From the NCBI GenBank assembly GCA_034670305.1, contig JAXMNT010000036.1, positions 1 to 64,000 on the forward strand: a DNA stretch of 64,000 bases, in the 5' to 3' direction. Below are positions 1 to 9,537 of the stretch, one piece after another (the stretch's first letter is position 1; every line of letters begins with the position of its first letter). This DNA is from Deltaproteobacteria bacterium. Its GTDB lineage: Bacteria; Myxococcota_A; Polyangia; Polyangiales; Houyiibacteriaceae. A program made the translations under genes and the position numbers. The notes below the pieces were generated by a model. The model had not been told where the DNA came from. It worked only from the letters and a program-made list of their open reading frames with translations, and searched no databases.

Positions 1-45
1 CGCGATGCTCGTCGCGCTGATCAAGCGATCTGACCGCTGATCCGC

Positions 46-82
46 GGGCAAGGGCAAAGGCAAGGGCAGGGGCAAGGGGCAG
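46..82. repeat. (GGGCAA/GGGCAG)n hexamer tract
   Basis: gggcaagggcaaaggcaagggcaggggcaaggggcag; reads (CCCTTG)n on the strand of dtd. Confidence 0.85.
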
Positions 83-120
83 GCTGCGAGAACGCCCTGC
101 GGGCGTTCTTCAGCAACCTG
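80..120 (-). terminator. Hairpin directly after the dtd stop codon (no U-tract)
   Basis: Minus strand caggttgc..agaacgccc-gca-gggcgttct..gcagcctg; 9-bp inner stem with C-GCA-G loop. Confidence 0.5.
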
Positions 121-570
121 CTAGAACGTCTTCTCGGTGTCGATCAGGATGGTGACAGGACCCCAGACCTCGGCGGAGACGATCATGGCGGCTCGAAACC
201 GCCCGGTCGCCACCTCGATTCCGGATGTCCGAACGCCCGCGACCACCGCCTCGTAGAGCCGCTCGGCCTGCTCGGGCGGGGCCGCACCCGCGAACGAGGG
301 ACGTCGGCCCTTGCGGACGTCGCCATAGAGGGTGAACTGCGGCACCACGAGCACCTCGCCCCCGATGTCCGCCACCGAACGGGACATCTTGCCCTCGTCG
401 TCCTCGAAGATGCGAAGCCCCACGAGCTTCTGCGCCATGACGGCCACGGTCGCCTCATCGTCTCGAGGACCGGCGCCCAGGTAGACGAGCAGGCCTTCGC
501 CGATCGCCCCGGCGACCTCCCCGGCAACCGTCACCGATGCGCTGCGGACGCGCTGAGCCACTGCACGCAT
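121..570 (-). CDS. dtd: D-aminoacyl-tRNA deacylase
   Basis: MRAVAQRV start, PQFTL (SQFTL-like) motif, KGRRPSF, GPVT near the C-terminus; ~149 aa. Confidence 0.95.
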   Translation of the reverse strand: MRAVAQRVRSASVTVAGEVAGAIGEGLLVYLGAGPRDDEATVAVMAQKLVGLRIFEDDEGKMSRSVADIGGEVLVVPQFTLYGDVRKGRRPSFAGAAPPEQAERLYEAVVAGVRTSGIEVATGRFRAAMIVSAEVWGPVTILIDTEKTF

Positions 571-630
571 CCCATGCCCTACCACGGCCGGTCCTTGCCA
601 GCAGCATCGATGCGGGGGTACAGCCAAGCG

Positions 631-1263
631 ATGGGGCGGAAAACCAAACCCACCTTCGGGCTGACCGGCGGCATCGCGAGCGGCAAGAGCACCGTGGGTC
701 GGCTGTTCGCGGAACTCGGAGTGCCGGTGGTGGACGCCGACCAGCTCGCCCGGGACGTGGTCGCACCGGGCTCGGAAGGACTCGCAGAGGTCGTCCGCGC
801 GTTCGGCCCGACCTACCTCGACGAGGATGGTGCGCTCGACCGCAAGAAGCTCGGCTCGCTCGTCTTCGCGGACCAAGCCGCGCGCCGCACCCTCGAAGGC
901 ATCACCCACCCCCGCATCGCGGTCGCCGGCAAGCAAGCCATCGCAGCGCACCAGGACACCGACGCCCCGTTTCTCCTCTACGAGGCGCCGCTGCTCGTGG
1001 AGATCGGGCTCCACAAGGCGTTCCCGGCGTTGATCGTCGTGTCGCTCGAACCCGCGCGCCAGCTCGAACGGCTCATGGCCCGCGAACAATGCTCCGAGTC
1101 CGACGCGCAGGCCCGCATCGACAGCCAGCTTCCCCTCGCGGAGAAGGTGAAGGTCGCGGATTTCGTCATCGACAACGGCGGCACGCTCGAAGAGACCGAA
1201 CGGCAGGTCCGGGCGATCTACGAGGAACTCAGCGGCCGAGCCGCGTTGGAGCCTTCCCCATGA
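631..1263 (+). CDS. coaE: Dephospho-CoA kinase
   Basis: GLTGGIASGKS P-loop, DAD, LDRKKLG, THP, PLL, ADFVIDN. Confidence 0.95.
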   Translation: MGRKTKPTFGLTGGIASGKSTVGRLFAELGVPVVDADQLARDVVAPGSEGLAEVVRAFGPTYLDEDGALDRKKLGSLVFADQAARRTLEGITHPRIAVAGKQAIAAHQDTDAPFLLYEAPLLVEIGLHKAFPALIVVSLEPARQLERLMAREQCSESDAQARIDSQLPLAEKVKVADFVIDNGGTLEETERQVRAIYEELSGRAALEPSP

Positions 1264-2366
1264 GCACCATCGTCACCGGCTTCCCGACCTCCTTCTTGGC
1301 CACGCGGGTCGTGCGCCATCTGCTGGAAACGAGCGACCAGGTCGTCTGGTGTGTGGTGCAGAAGAACCACCTCGATCGCGCGGCTGCGCTTCGGGATGGG
1401 TGGTTGCCCGAGAAACAGCGGCAACGGCTGCGGCTCGTGACCGGCGACACCGCTGCGCTCGACCTCGGGCTCAGTGGGAGCGAGTTCATGATGCTCGCTC
1501 GAGAAGCCCGCACCATTCATCACTGCGCCGCGGTGACCTACCTCGGGACGCGGCGCCCGGAGGCCGAGCGGTGCAACGTGCGGGGTGCTCGGGAAGTGCT
1601 CGAACTCGCCGAGGCCTCCCCGAACCTCGAACGTCTCGTGCATTGGTCTTCGGCGCTGGTCTCCGGTCGGCGCCGCGGGCGGGTGCTGGAAGACGAGCTC
1701 CAGGACGGCGGGTTTCGAAACGTGGTCGAGGAGACCCGGATGCGGGCCGAACGCATCATCCGCGAAGCCGCAAACCAAGTGCCGACGACGATCTTGCGAC
1801 CGTCGATCGTGGTGGGGGACTCCGAGAGTGGCGAAGTCGACCGGCTCGAAGGCCCCTACCTCCTGGTCCTGCTGATTCTTGGTTCGCCCACCGACCTCCG
1901 GATGCCGATGCCGGGCCGCGGCGACATCCCGCTCAACCTCGTGCCCATCGACTACGTCGTGAAGGCCGGCAGCGCGATCGTCGCGGCCCCCCACTCGGTC
2001 GGCCGCACCTACCACATCGTCGATCCCGACCCGCTCACCGCCCGGCGCGTGTACGAACTCATCGCCCAAGCCGCCGGCCGCCCCGTGCCGCGCGGCTTCG
2101 TTCCGACGACTTTCGCCACCACGCTGATGCGCACCCCCGGCCTCGAACGGTTCGCGAACATGCCGCGGAGTTTTCTGGAGCAGCTCGCGACCGAAGTCGT
2201 CTGGGACGACCGCCACGCCCGAGCCGTTCTCGACACCCACGGCCTCCGGTGCCCCCCGTTCGAATCGTACGTCGAACCCATGGTGCGCTTCACCGGCGAA
2301 CACCAAGCCCAGCGCTCCCTCGACTCGATCGACCTCGGCTTCCAAGAAGGCGACCTCCCCGCGTAG
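1260..2366 (+). CDS. Extended SDR / thioester-reductase-like (NAD_binding_4) protein with degenerate catalytic motifs
   Basis: IVTGFP, GDT...LGLS, IHHCAA, RPSIVVGDS, NLVPIDYV; ATGA overlap with coaE. Confidence 0.8.
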   Translation: MSTIVTGFPTSFLATRVVRHLLETSDQVVWCVVQKNHLDRAAALRDGWLPEKQRQRLRLVTGDTAALDLGLSGSEFMMLAREARTIHHCAAVTYLGTRRPEAERCNVRGAREVLELAEASPNLERLVHWSSALVSGRRRGRVLEDELQDGGFRNVVEETRMRAERIIREAANQVPTTILRPSIVVGDSESGEVDRLEGPYLLVLLILGSPTDLRMPMPGRGDIPLNLVPIDYVVKAGSAIVAAPHSVGRTYHIVDPDPLTARRVYELIAQAAGRPVPRGFVPTTFATTLMRTPGLERFANMPRSFLEQLATEVVWDDRHARAVLDTHGLRCPPFESYVEPMVRFTGEHQAQRSLDSIDLGFQEGDLPA

Positions 2367-2369
2367 CAG

Positions 2370-2668
<299 letters not shown>

Positions 2669-4159
2669 TCAGCCGTCCCAAGCCGGTGCGACCAGCCGTC
2701 GTCGTCCGTCTTCGCTTCGAAGGCCCTCGGGGTCGGGGCCCGGCATTCGGTCCCAGAGCTGGCACGTCACCGCGGCGTGTTTCTGGTCGAGCCCTTCGCA
2801 GTAGTTGGTGAAGAGGCAGCGCCGCACCTCGGCGCCTCGGCCGAGTTCGATCTTTCGGAACCAGTCGGGGTCCGCGAGGGACTGCCGTGCGGCCGCGACG
2901 ATGTCCGCATCGCCCGCTTCGAGGATCTCTTCCGCTTGCCACGGCGACGAGATGCCACCCGCGGTGACGACCGGCGTCTGCCAACCGTCCGCGCGCACGG
3001 CCGCGCGCACGGCGCGGGCGAGCGGCACATTCCGTGAGAAGGGACCGATGCGTTTCGGTTCGGGCTTCGCGTCGTCGATCTTCACCGTCGGCATACACTC
3101 GTGTCCGCTCGGTCCGGTGTAGGGGTAGACGGCCTGGCCCACCCGCGGCGCCTTCGCGTCCTCGAACTTGCCGCCCTTGCTGACGCTCAAGAAGTCGAAC
3201 CCGGCGCGCGCAAAACGCACCGCGTAGTCGACGCTGTCTCCCACGCGGCCGCCGCCCTCGATCACTTCGTCGCCGAGGAAACGCGCGCCAACGCAGTAGT
3301 CGGGTCCGACCGCGGCACGCACCCGCTCGTAGACCTCGAGCGGGAGCCGCACCCTGCCCTCCCGCGAGCCGCCGTAGCCATCGGTTCGATCGTTCCGCGC
3401 GGAGAGAAAACTCGCCATCGTGTAGGCATGCGCGTAGTGCAGTTCGACACCGTCGAACCCAGCTTCGCGCGCCCGAACGGCGGCGTCCGCAAAGAGCGGC
3501 GGCAGAGTCTTCGGCAGCTCACGAATGTGATCGAGGTGGGTGTCGGTGACGCGCTCGCGGTGGCCGTAGTGAAGCGACTCGAACTGCCGTGGGTCGAGCC
3601 ACTCGTGCAGGTCGTGCGCGCTGGCGGACTGGAGCGCGGTGCGCAGCGCGGGTTCGTCGAGTTGCCGCAACGCGCCCGGCAGCCGCGCCCGCAGCGAATC
3701 GTCCACGCGCAGGAACCTCTGGAAGAACTTCTCGGGCGGCGGTCGACGCTTCACCGCGAGGAAGTCGATCAGTTGAATGAACAGACGCGTCTCCCCGTCG
3801 GAGCCTTCGCGGACCGCGTGTGCGAGACGCCGAAGTCCGTCCACGAATCGATCGTGGCCGATGCGCAGCAGCGGTCCGCTCGGTACGTCGCGGATGCCGG
3901 TCGCTTCCACGACGATCGCGCCCGGCCGTCCTTGGGCGAAGCGGCGGTACCACGCGAGCACCGCAGGTGTGACTTCGCCGTCCGGCGTGGCACGCCACGG
4001 CACCATCGCAGGCACCCAGGTGCGCGTTCGCAGACGCAGGCCTTCGCCGGTCGGTCCGAGCTGGACCGGCGCGTACCATTTCATCGCCTCCGCTTCGGCG
4101 CGCGTCGGCCACCTCGGGATCGAAAGCAGACGCAGATGTCGCCGGTCGGGTTTGGCCAC
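2669..4159 (-). CDS. NADH:flavin oxidoreductase (Old Yellow Enzyme family)
   Basis: PAMV, IVVEAT, AGFDGVELHYAHAY, NDRTDGYGGS, ARQSLADP, C-terminal Cys cluster; start uncertain (GTG 4159 or ATG 4084). Confidence 0.88.
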   Translation of the reverse strand: MAKPDRRHLRLLSIPRWPTRAEAEAMKWYAPVQLGPTGEGLRLRTRTWVPAMVPWRATPDGEVTPAVLAWYRRFAQGRPGAIVVEATGIRDVPSGPLLRIGHDRFVDGLRRLAHAVREGSDGETRLFIQLIDFLAVKRRPPPEKFFQRFLRVDDSLRARLPGALRQLDEPALRTALQSASAHDLHEWLDPRQFESLHYGHRERVTDTHLDHIRELPKTLPPLFADAAVRAREAGFDGVELHYAHAYTMASFLSARNDRTDGYGGSREGRVRLPLEVYERVRAAVGPDYCVGARFLGDEVIEGGGRVGDSVDYAVRFARAGFDFLSVSKGGKFEDAKAPRVGQAVYPYTGPSGHECMPTVKIDDAKPEPKRIGPFSRNVPLARAVRAAVRADGWQTPVVTAGGISSPWQAEEILEAGDADIVAAARQSLADPDWFRKIELGRGAEVRRCLFTNYCEGLDQKHAAVTCQLWDRMPGPDPEGLRSEDGRRRLVAPAWDG

Positions 4160-4316
4160 GTTCGAACCGTGCCAACTCGCGCCGCAGGTTTCCAGCGTTT
4201 CCCCGAGCGCAGGTTCGGTTGGGCTCGGCACGCCCCTTGCGATGCACCCCTCCGCGTTCCGGCGAGGACAGTCGCCCGAACCACGATTGCTTGGCTTGGC
4301 TTACTTGGAGGTGGAG

Positions 4317-5861
4317 ATGTCTTTCAGATTTCGATTCTTGTGTGTGGGTGGGTTGCTTGCAGCGGCGGGGTTGGCCGCGCTCTTGCCGCCAGCGACCGCG
4401 CGGGCGGTGTGCCGGGTGGTGACGCCAGGACCGTCGTCGGGAGATGACGGAGTGAGCTTCGATCCCCTGACGACCGTGCTCGTCGTGCAGGTGCCGCGGC
4501 AGACCGTCGCGTACGGATGTCTGGAGCGCCCGGATGCCGACGCTCTGTACGAACTCACCGGCGCAGAGCCGGCCGAACACCACGGCGCGGAGGCACTGTG
4601 TCCGGATGGGTCGGCCGCGATTCCGCTGCAAGACACCATCACGCACGCGATCTTGCAGCCCTCGCTCTACGCCAACGGTGGATCGGCGGGTCTGGTGATG
4701 CCGTTGCCCCGCCGTGCCGACGTCAACATCGGACCGCAGGCGCTCATCGACCAGGCCCAGTCTCTCATCCGCGCGAACGTGCGAGAGACCGTGGAGTTCG
4801 TCGAAGACCCCTCGCTCGGGTACCAGTGCAGCGACCCGCACTACTCGGTCAACACGCACCCGACGAACGACGGGTTCAACCCGCTCGCCGCGCCGCTGAT
4901 GCTCTACGGCTGCAGCGATGGGAGCAGCGACTACTACCGGCCGGGCCTCGATGGGCGCGACACCTCGGTGGTGAGCTACGGCGAGACGGGGAGTGTCGAG
5001 TTCGAGTCGATTCCGATCAGTGAGGAGTACGAGGTCACCGTGCTCAGTGCGTCCACGCTCGAAGCCCTCGTGACCTGGCTCGACGAACGCGGGTTCGAAC
5101 ACGACGAGATCGACGACGCGGCGTTCTCTCGATACGTGGGCGAGGGCCGCTGGTTTGCGGCCGTGCAGGTCACGCCCGCACTCGATGGCGGCGTGAAACA
5201 AGCGCTCCCACCGCTCGTGGTGAGCTGGCGCGGTGCCGACTTCCCCATCACGAACGAGATCTCCTACGACCCGGACGGCGGCATCATCGAGACCGATCTC
5301 TTCGTCCTCGCGCCGCAGAAGATGGCCGTCCTGGGCGACTCGGTCGTGCGCTTCGCCGCGCCGTTCGAGCTCGGGTACGCCGACGACGCGATCGGGTCGT
5401 TCGGACTCGAGAGTGGCTGGCTCACCCGCATCAACCTCGAGCGCAACATGTCGGACGCGCTGCAGATGGACAGCGAACTCGTGCCCGCCGGCGACGCGGT
5501 CGAGGTCTACGTCGACTGGGTCGAGCGCAGCACCACCGTGCGCATCGCCCAGGCGTGTTGCTCGGGCAACGCGATCCCGAGGGGCGGCGCCCGCACCTTC
5601 ACCGAGGTGTGGGAGTACGGCCCCGGCGACCGGCCGAGCGACGACGACTACTTCTACCGGGCGCCGCCACCGGACGGCAGCGCCTGCACGTACAGCAGCT
5701 ACGGAGGCAGCTCGGGGGGCGGCGGCTCCGGATCGACCTCGAGTTCGGACGAGCCCTCGGGGAGCTACCTCTGCACCGTCACCGGGGCCGTGGGCAGCTG
5801 GTCGCCGCTGGTGGTGGCGCTCTTCTTCATCGCACGCCGCCGTCGCCGGCATCTGCGCTAG
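4317..5861 (+). CDS. DUF2330-like secreted protein with C-terminal MYXO-CTERM-like anchor
   Basis: Signal peptide ending in ARAVC, GLVMPLP, YEVTVLSA..LVTWLDERGF, WFAAVQV; C-terminal Cys, TM segment and RRRRR. Confidence 0.65.
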   Translation: MSFRFRFLCVGGLLAAAGLAALLPPATARAVCRVVTPGPSSGDDGVSFDPLTTVLVVQVPRQTVAYGCLERPDADALYELTGAEPAEHHGAEALCPDGSAAIPLQDTITHAILQPSLYANGGSAGLVMPLPRRADVNIGPQALIDQAQSLIRANVRETVEFVEDPSLGYQCSDPHYSVNTHPTNDGFNPLAAPLMLYGCSDGSSDYYRPGLDGRDTSVVSYGETGSVEFESIPISEEYEVTVLSASTLEALVTWLDERGFEHDEIDDAAFSRYVGEGRWFAAVQVTPALDGGVKQALPPLVVSWRGADFPITNEISYDPDGGIIETDLFVLAPQKMAVLGDSVVRFAAPFELGYADDAIGSFGLESGWLTRINLERNMSDALQMDSELVPAGDAVEVYVDWVERSTTVRIAQACCSGNAIPRGGARTFTEVWEYGPGDRPSDDDYFYRAPPPDGSACTYSSYGGSSGGGGSGSTSSSDEPSGSYLCTVTGAVGSWSPLVVALFFIARRRRRHLR

Positions 5862-5952
5862 ACGTTCGCCCAAGCTAGAAAACAACGATGGCCGGTCGCG
5901 TGAAAAGCGGCCGGCCATCTTCATTGTGCGGCGTACGCCGCGCCGCACTGGA

Positions 5953-7317
5953 TCAGCGTCCGGCGATGGTCATCGACGACACGCGGAACGTGGGACTCGC
6001 GGTCGAGGTGCGCAGGTCCAAGTCGTTGGCGACCGCGTCGATGCGCTGAAACAGCTGGTCCACGTTCAGCGAGATGGTCACTTCGCTGACCGCGGCGCCG
6101 AGCTCGCCGTTTTCGATCACGAATCCGGCCGCGCCACGGCTGAAGTCGCCGGTGACCCCGTTGAATCCGAAGCCCATCATCTCGGTGACGTAGAGGCCGC
6201 GCGGGGTGTCTGCGAGCAGCGCTTCGGGCGACATCGTACCCGGCTGCAGAACGAAGTTGGTCGTGCTCGGTCCGACGCCGCCGCTCGAACCGCGTGAGGC
6301 GCTGGCGGTGGACTCCATCTCGAGCTTTCGCGCGGAGTAGCTGTCGAGCAGGTAGGTCTGCAGGATGCCGTCCTTCACGACGACGTTCTTCCGGCTGAGC
6401 AACCCTTCGCCGTCGAACGCACGCGAACCGGGCGCGCGCGGAATCAGCGGGTCGTCCACGATGGTCACGAGATCGCTCGCGACACGGGTCTGCAGCCGAT
6501 CGATCAAGTAGCTGCTGCCCCGCCAGATCGAGCCGCCGTTGATGCAGCCCGAAAGCAGGCCGAGGATGGAACGCGCGGCGTCGGGATCGAACACGACGGG
6601 CATCTCCGCCGACGCGATCTTGGTCGCGCCGAGTTTGCGGAGGGTGCGCCGGGTGGCTTCCTTGCCGACGGCAGTTGCCGATTCGAGCTCCGCCAGGTGC
6701 CGGGTCGCGGCCCAGTGGTAGCCGCTTCGTTTCTTGCCGTCCGCGTCGTCGGCCACGGGGTTGACCACGAGCGACGCGTAGGTGCCGCGGGTCGCGCCGC
6801 GAAAACCGCCACTCGTCACGAGCACGCTGCCACCGCTCGCGCGGGTGAAGGTGGCCCCTTCGCTGTTGGTGACGCGCGCGTCGGCATCGAGCGCGGCGCC
6901 TTCGCCTTCGAGCGCGCGGGCCAGGGCTTCGTCGGCCATCAGCGCGTCCATCGTGGGGTCGAAGGTGTCGAGGTCCACATGGTCTTCGACCTTCGAGAGC
7001 AACGCCGGGTCGGGTGCGCCCGCGAACGGGTCCGGCTGGGACAACGTCGCGAGTTCGATCGCGTCCTCGACGAGGCGCGCGCGCCCCGAGGCGCTCAGGT
7101 CGCTCGAGTAGGTGACCGCGACCTGCTGGCCGAGCATCACCCGGAGGCCGAGCGAGCGGGAACCGGCCTCTTCGACGAGCTCCGGTTTGCGCAGCCGAAC
7201 CTTGGTCGACAGGTGCGAGCCGCCGCGGACCACGGCCTCGGCGATGTCGGCGCCGGCCTTCCGGGCGGCTTCGACGGTCTCTTCGGCGATGGCGAGAATC
7301 TCTTGTTCGTTGGTCAT
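5953..7317 (-). CDS. pmbA: PmbA/TldE family protease subunit
   Basis: FDGEG, YLLDSYSARKL, GDFSRGAAG, VSEVTI; no HExxxH motif; directly downstream of tldD. Confidence 0.9.
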   Translation of the reverse strand: MTNEQEILAIAEETVEAARKAGADIAEAVVRGGSHLSTKVRLRKPELVEEAGSRSLGLRVMLGQQVAVTYSSDLSASGRARLVEDAIELATLSQPDPFAGAPDPALLSKVEDHVDLDTFDPTMDALMADEALARALEGEGAALDADARVTNSEGATFTRASGGSVLVTSGGFRGATRGTYASLVVNPVADDADGKKRSGYHWAATRHLAELESATAVGKEATRRTLRKLGATKIASAEMPVVFDPDAARSILGLLSGCINGGSIWRGSSYLIDRLQTRVASDLVTIVDDPLIPRAPGSRAFDGEGLLSRKNVVVKDGILQTYLLDSYSARKLEMESTASASRGSSGGVGPSTTNFVLQPGTMSPEALLADTPRGLYVTEMMGFGFNGVTGDFSRGAAGFVIENGELGAAVSEVTISLNVDQLFQRIDAVANDLDLRTSTASPTFRVSSMTIAGR

Positions 7318-8771
7318 CAGAGCTGGGTCCCGCCGACGGTCATGCCGCTGATCTTGATGGTGGGGCAACCGACGCCGACGGGCACCGACTGTCCTTCTTT
7401 GCCGCAGGTCCAGATGCCGTCCGACACCTCGAGATCGTGGCCGAGCATGACGACTTTCCGCATCACGTCTGGGCCGTTGCCGATGAGGTTCACGCCCTTG
7501 AGGGGCGCGGTGAGTTTGCCGTCTTCGATGAGGTAGCCCTCGGTGAGCGAGAACACGAAGTCGCCGTTGCTGATGTCGACTTGTCCGCCGCCGAACTTGG
7601 CTGCGTACACACCCTTCTTCACGCTCTTGACGATGTCCTCGGGCGCGTCCTGTCCGGCGAGCAGCAAGGTGTTGGTCATGCGCGGCATCGGGTGGCTTCG
7701 AAAGCTCTCCCGGCGGCCGTTGCCGGTCGGGCCGACGTCGAAGTGTCCGGAGCTGTGACGGTCCTGCATGTACCCACGCAGCACGCCCTTCTCGATGAGC
7801 GTCGCACTCGTCGGCACGAGGCCTTCGTCGTCGACGTTGATCGAGCCGCGCGAGTGTTCGAGCGTCGCGTCGTCGATGACGGTGCAGAGTTCGCTGGCCA
7901 CCACTTCGCCGACCTGGTCGGTGTAGTTGCTGGTGCCCTTGCGGTTGAAGTCGGCTTCGAGTCCATGGCCAACCGCTTCGTGGAGCAGGATCCCGCTGTC
8001 GCCCGGCCCGAGCACGACCTCGAGCTCGCCGGCGGGGGCTTCGCGCGCGTCCAGCATGCGCAGCGCCTGACGAACGGCTTCCTCGGCGTGGGATTCGGGC
8101 GAGTGCGCGTCGAAGTACTCGAGCCCGCACCGGCCACCGCCGCCGCTGGATCCCGACTGGCGCTTCTTGTCGGTGCCGTCGCCGTCTTCGGCGATCACGC
8201 GGACGCCGAACCGCACGAGCGGCTGGCGGTCGGTCACGAAACGGCCCGTGGAGGTGGCGATCAAGATCTCGCGGATCTCCTCGTTGAGCGACGCGGTCAC
8301 CTTGGTGATGCGGGGATCGATCTTGCGCGCGGCCGCATCGGCCCGTTCGAGCAGTGCCCGTTTGGTCGGACCGTCGACGTCGAAGGAGAGTGTGCCGACC
8401 GGGTAACGGCTGGCGGTGTCGACCGCCTGAAGGCCCTGGGGCGGCGCGCCGCCACCCTTGGCGATCTGCGCGGCCGTGCGGGCGGCGCGTTCCATCGCTT
8501 CGGGGGTGAGTTCTTCCACGTAGGCGTAGCCAGTGGCGTCGCCATTCATGACCCGCACGCCGAGGCCCATCGCCACGAAGCGGCCGGCCGACTTCAAGAT
8601 CCCGTCGTCGAAAGCGTAGCTGCCGTTGACGGCGTACTCGAAGAAGAGGTCGGCGTAGTCGCCCCCCTTCCCGAGTGCGACGGAGAGGAGGCGCGCGGCG
8701 ATCGCCCGGTCGATGGGCGAAGGCCCATCTTCGGCGAACGGCGCGCGGTAGCGCGTGGCCTGAGTCGACAT
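7317..8771 (-). CDS. tldD: TldD metalloprotease
   Basis: YADLFFE, LLHEAVGHGLEADFNRKG, DDEG, GNGRRES, PRMTNT, CGKEGQSVPV. Confidence 0.95.
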   Translation of the reverse strand: MSTQATRYRAPFAEDGPSPIDRAIAARLLSVALGKGGDYADLFFEYAVNGSYAFDDGILKSAGRFVAMGLGVRVMNGDATGYAYVEELTPEAMERAARTAAQIAKGGGAPPQGLQAVDTASRYPVGTLSFDVDGPTKRALLERADAAARKIDPRITKVTASLNEEIREILIATSTGRFVTDRQPLVRFGVRVIAEDGDGTDKKRQSGSSGGGGRCGLEYFDAHSPESHAEEAVRQALRMLDAREAPAGELEVVLGPGDSGILLHEAVGHGLEADFNRKGTSNYTDQVGEVVASELCTVIDDATLEHSRGSINVDDEGLVPTSATLIEKGVLRGYMQDRHSSGHFDVGPTGNGRRESFRSHPMPRMTNTLLLAGQDAPEDIVKSVKKGVYAAKFGGGQVDISNGDFVFSLTEGYLIEDGKLTAPLKGVNLIGNGPDVMRKVVMLGHDLEVSDGIWTCGKEGQSVPVGVGCPTIKISGMTVGGTQL

Positions 8772-8852
8772 GCGGGGGACTGTACGGCCGCGCCGCGCGC
8801 CTGCAAAGGTGGAGGTCTCACACGGCGGCGCTGGGCCAGAGTGGCCGGCCGA

Positions 8853-9518
8853 TCAGACCCGTCCGGCCGCGATCGCTTGCACAAGCGCCACGATGGACCG
8901 GCGGCGGTCGGGCTGCTCCGGGTAGAAGTCGAGTTCATCCACGAGGATCGCGCGCAGCCCAGCGGCGCGGGCGCCATCGATGTCGACCGACGGGATGTCG
9001 CCCACGTACGTGGCCTCCGACGGGTGGGAGACCTGCATTGCCTCGAGCGCGACCGCGAAGATGCGTGGATCCGGTTTGGAGATCCCGACGATGGCCGAGT
9101 CGATCACCACTTCGAACCGCCCCGCGAGACCGACGCGGGCAAAGAGCCGCTTGAGCTGTCCTTCGGAGTTGGAGACGACGCCCATGCGCACGCCGGCTTC
9201 GGCCGCACGATCGAGCGCGTCGAGCAGTCCTTCGGGGACGCGGCGCCAGAGGTTGAAGCGGGCGTGTTCGGCCTTCAGCGCGTGCAGCGCGGAGGGCGGG
9301 TCGGCGGCACCGGCTTCTTCGAGGAGGGTGGTCATGAAAACATCCCAGCCACTCGCGTGTCCGGACCCCTCGCGCAGTTTCGTTTCGTAGCGGCGCTTGG
9401 CCACGCCCTCCGCGCGCCGCACCGCGGACGACGGGACCGAGGCGAGGTCTGCGACGACGTCGTGGTCCAGGAACACGAGCGTATTGCCCGCGTCGAAGAG
9501 CCAGATCCTCGAGTTCAT
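8853..9518 (-). CDS. HAD-superfamily hydrolase
   Basis: FDAGNTL, VVSN, KPDPRIF, YVGD...DIDGARAAG. Confidence 0.88.
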   Translation of the reverse strand: MNSRIWLFDAGNTLVFLDHDVVADLASVPSSAVRRAEGVAKRRYETKLREGSGHASGWDVFMTTLLEEAGAADPPSALHALKAEHARFNLWRRVPEGLLDALDRAAEAGVRMGVVSNSEGQLKRLFARVGLAGRFEVVIDSAIVGISKPDPRIFAVALEAMQVSHPSEATYVGDIPSVDIDGARAAGLRAILVDELDFYPEQPDRRRSIVALVQAIAAGRV

Positions 9519-9537
9519 CGCGTGCGTCCGCGGGGGC

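Noticed and set aside
80-124. Remnant IS-like terminal inverted repeats with a CTAG target (aggctgc...ttcagcaacctgctag)
   Set aside because: The resemblance is weak, no transposase is present, and the sequence is adequately described as the hairpin after dtd.
4160-4176. Sigma-54 promoter (TGGCAC) upstream of the flavin oxidoreductase
   Set aside because: The -12 TTGC element is absent at the required spacing.
5953-8771. TldD/PmbA as part of a RiPP (microcin-like) cluster
   Set aside because: No precursor peptide, YcaO or modification enzyme is adjacent; this looks like the ordinary housekeeping pair.
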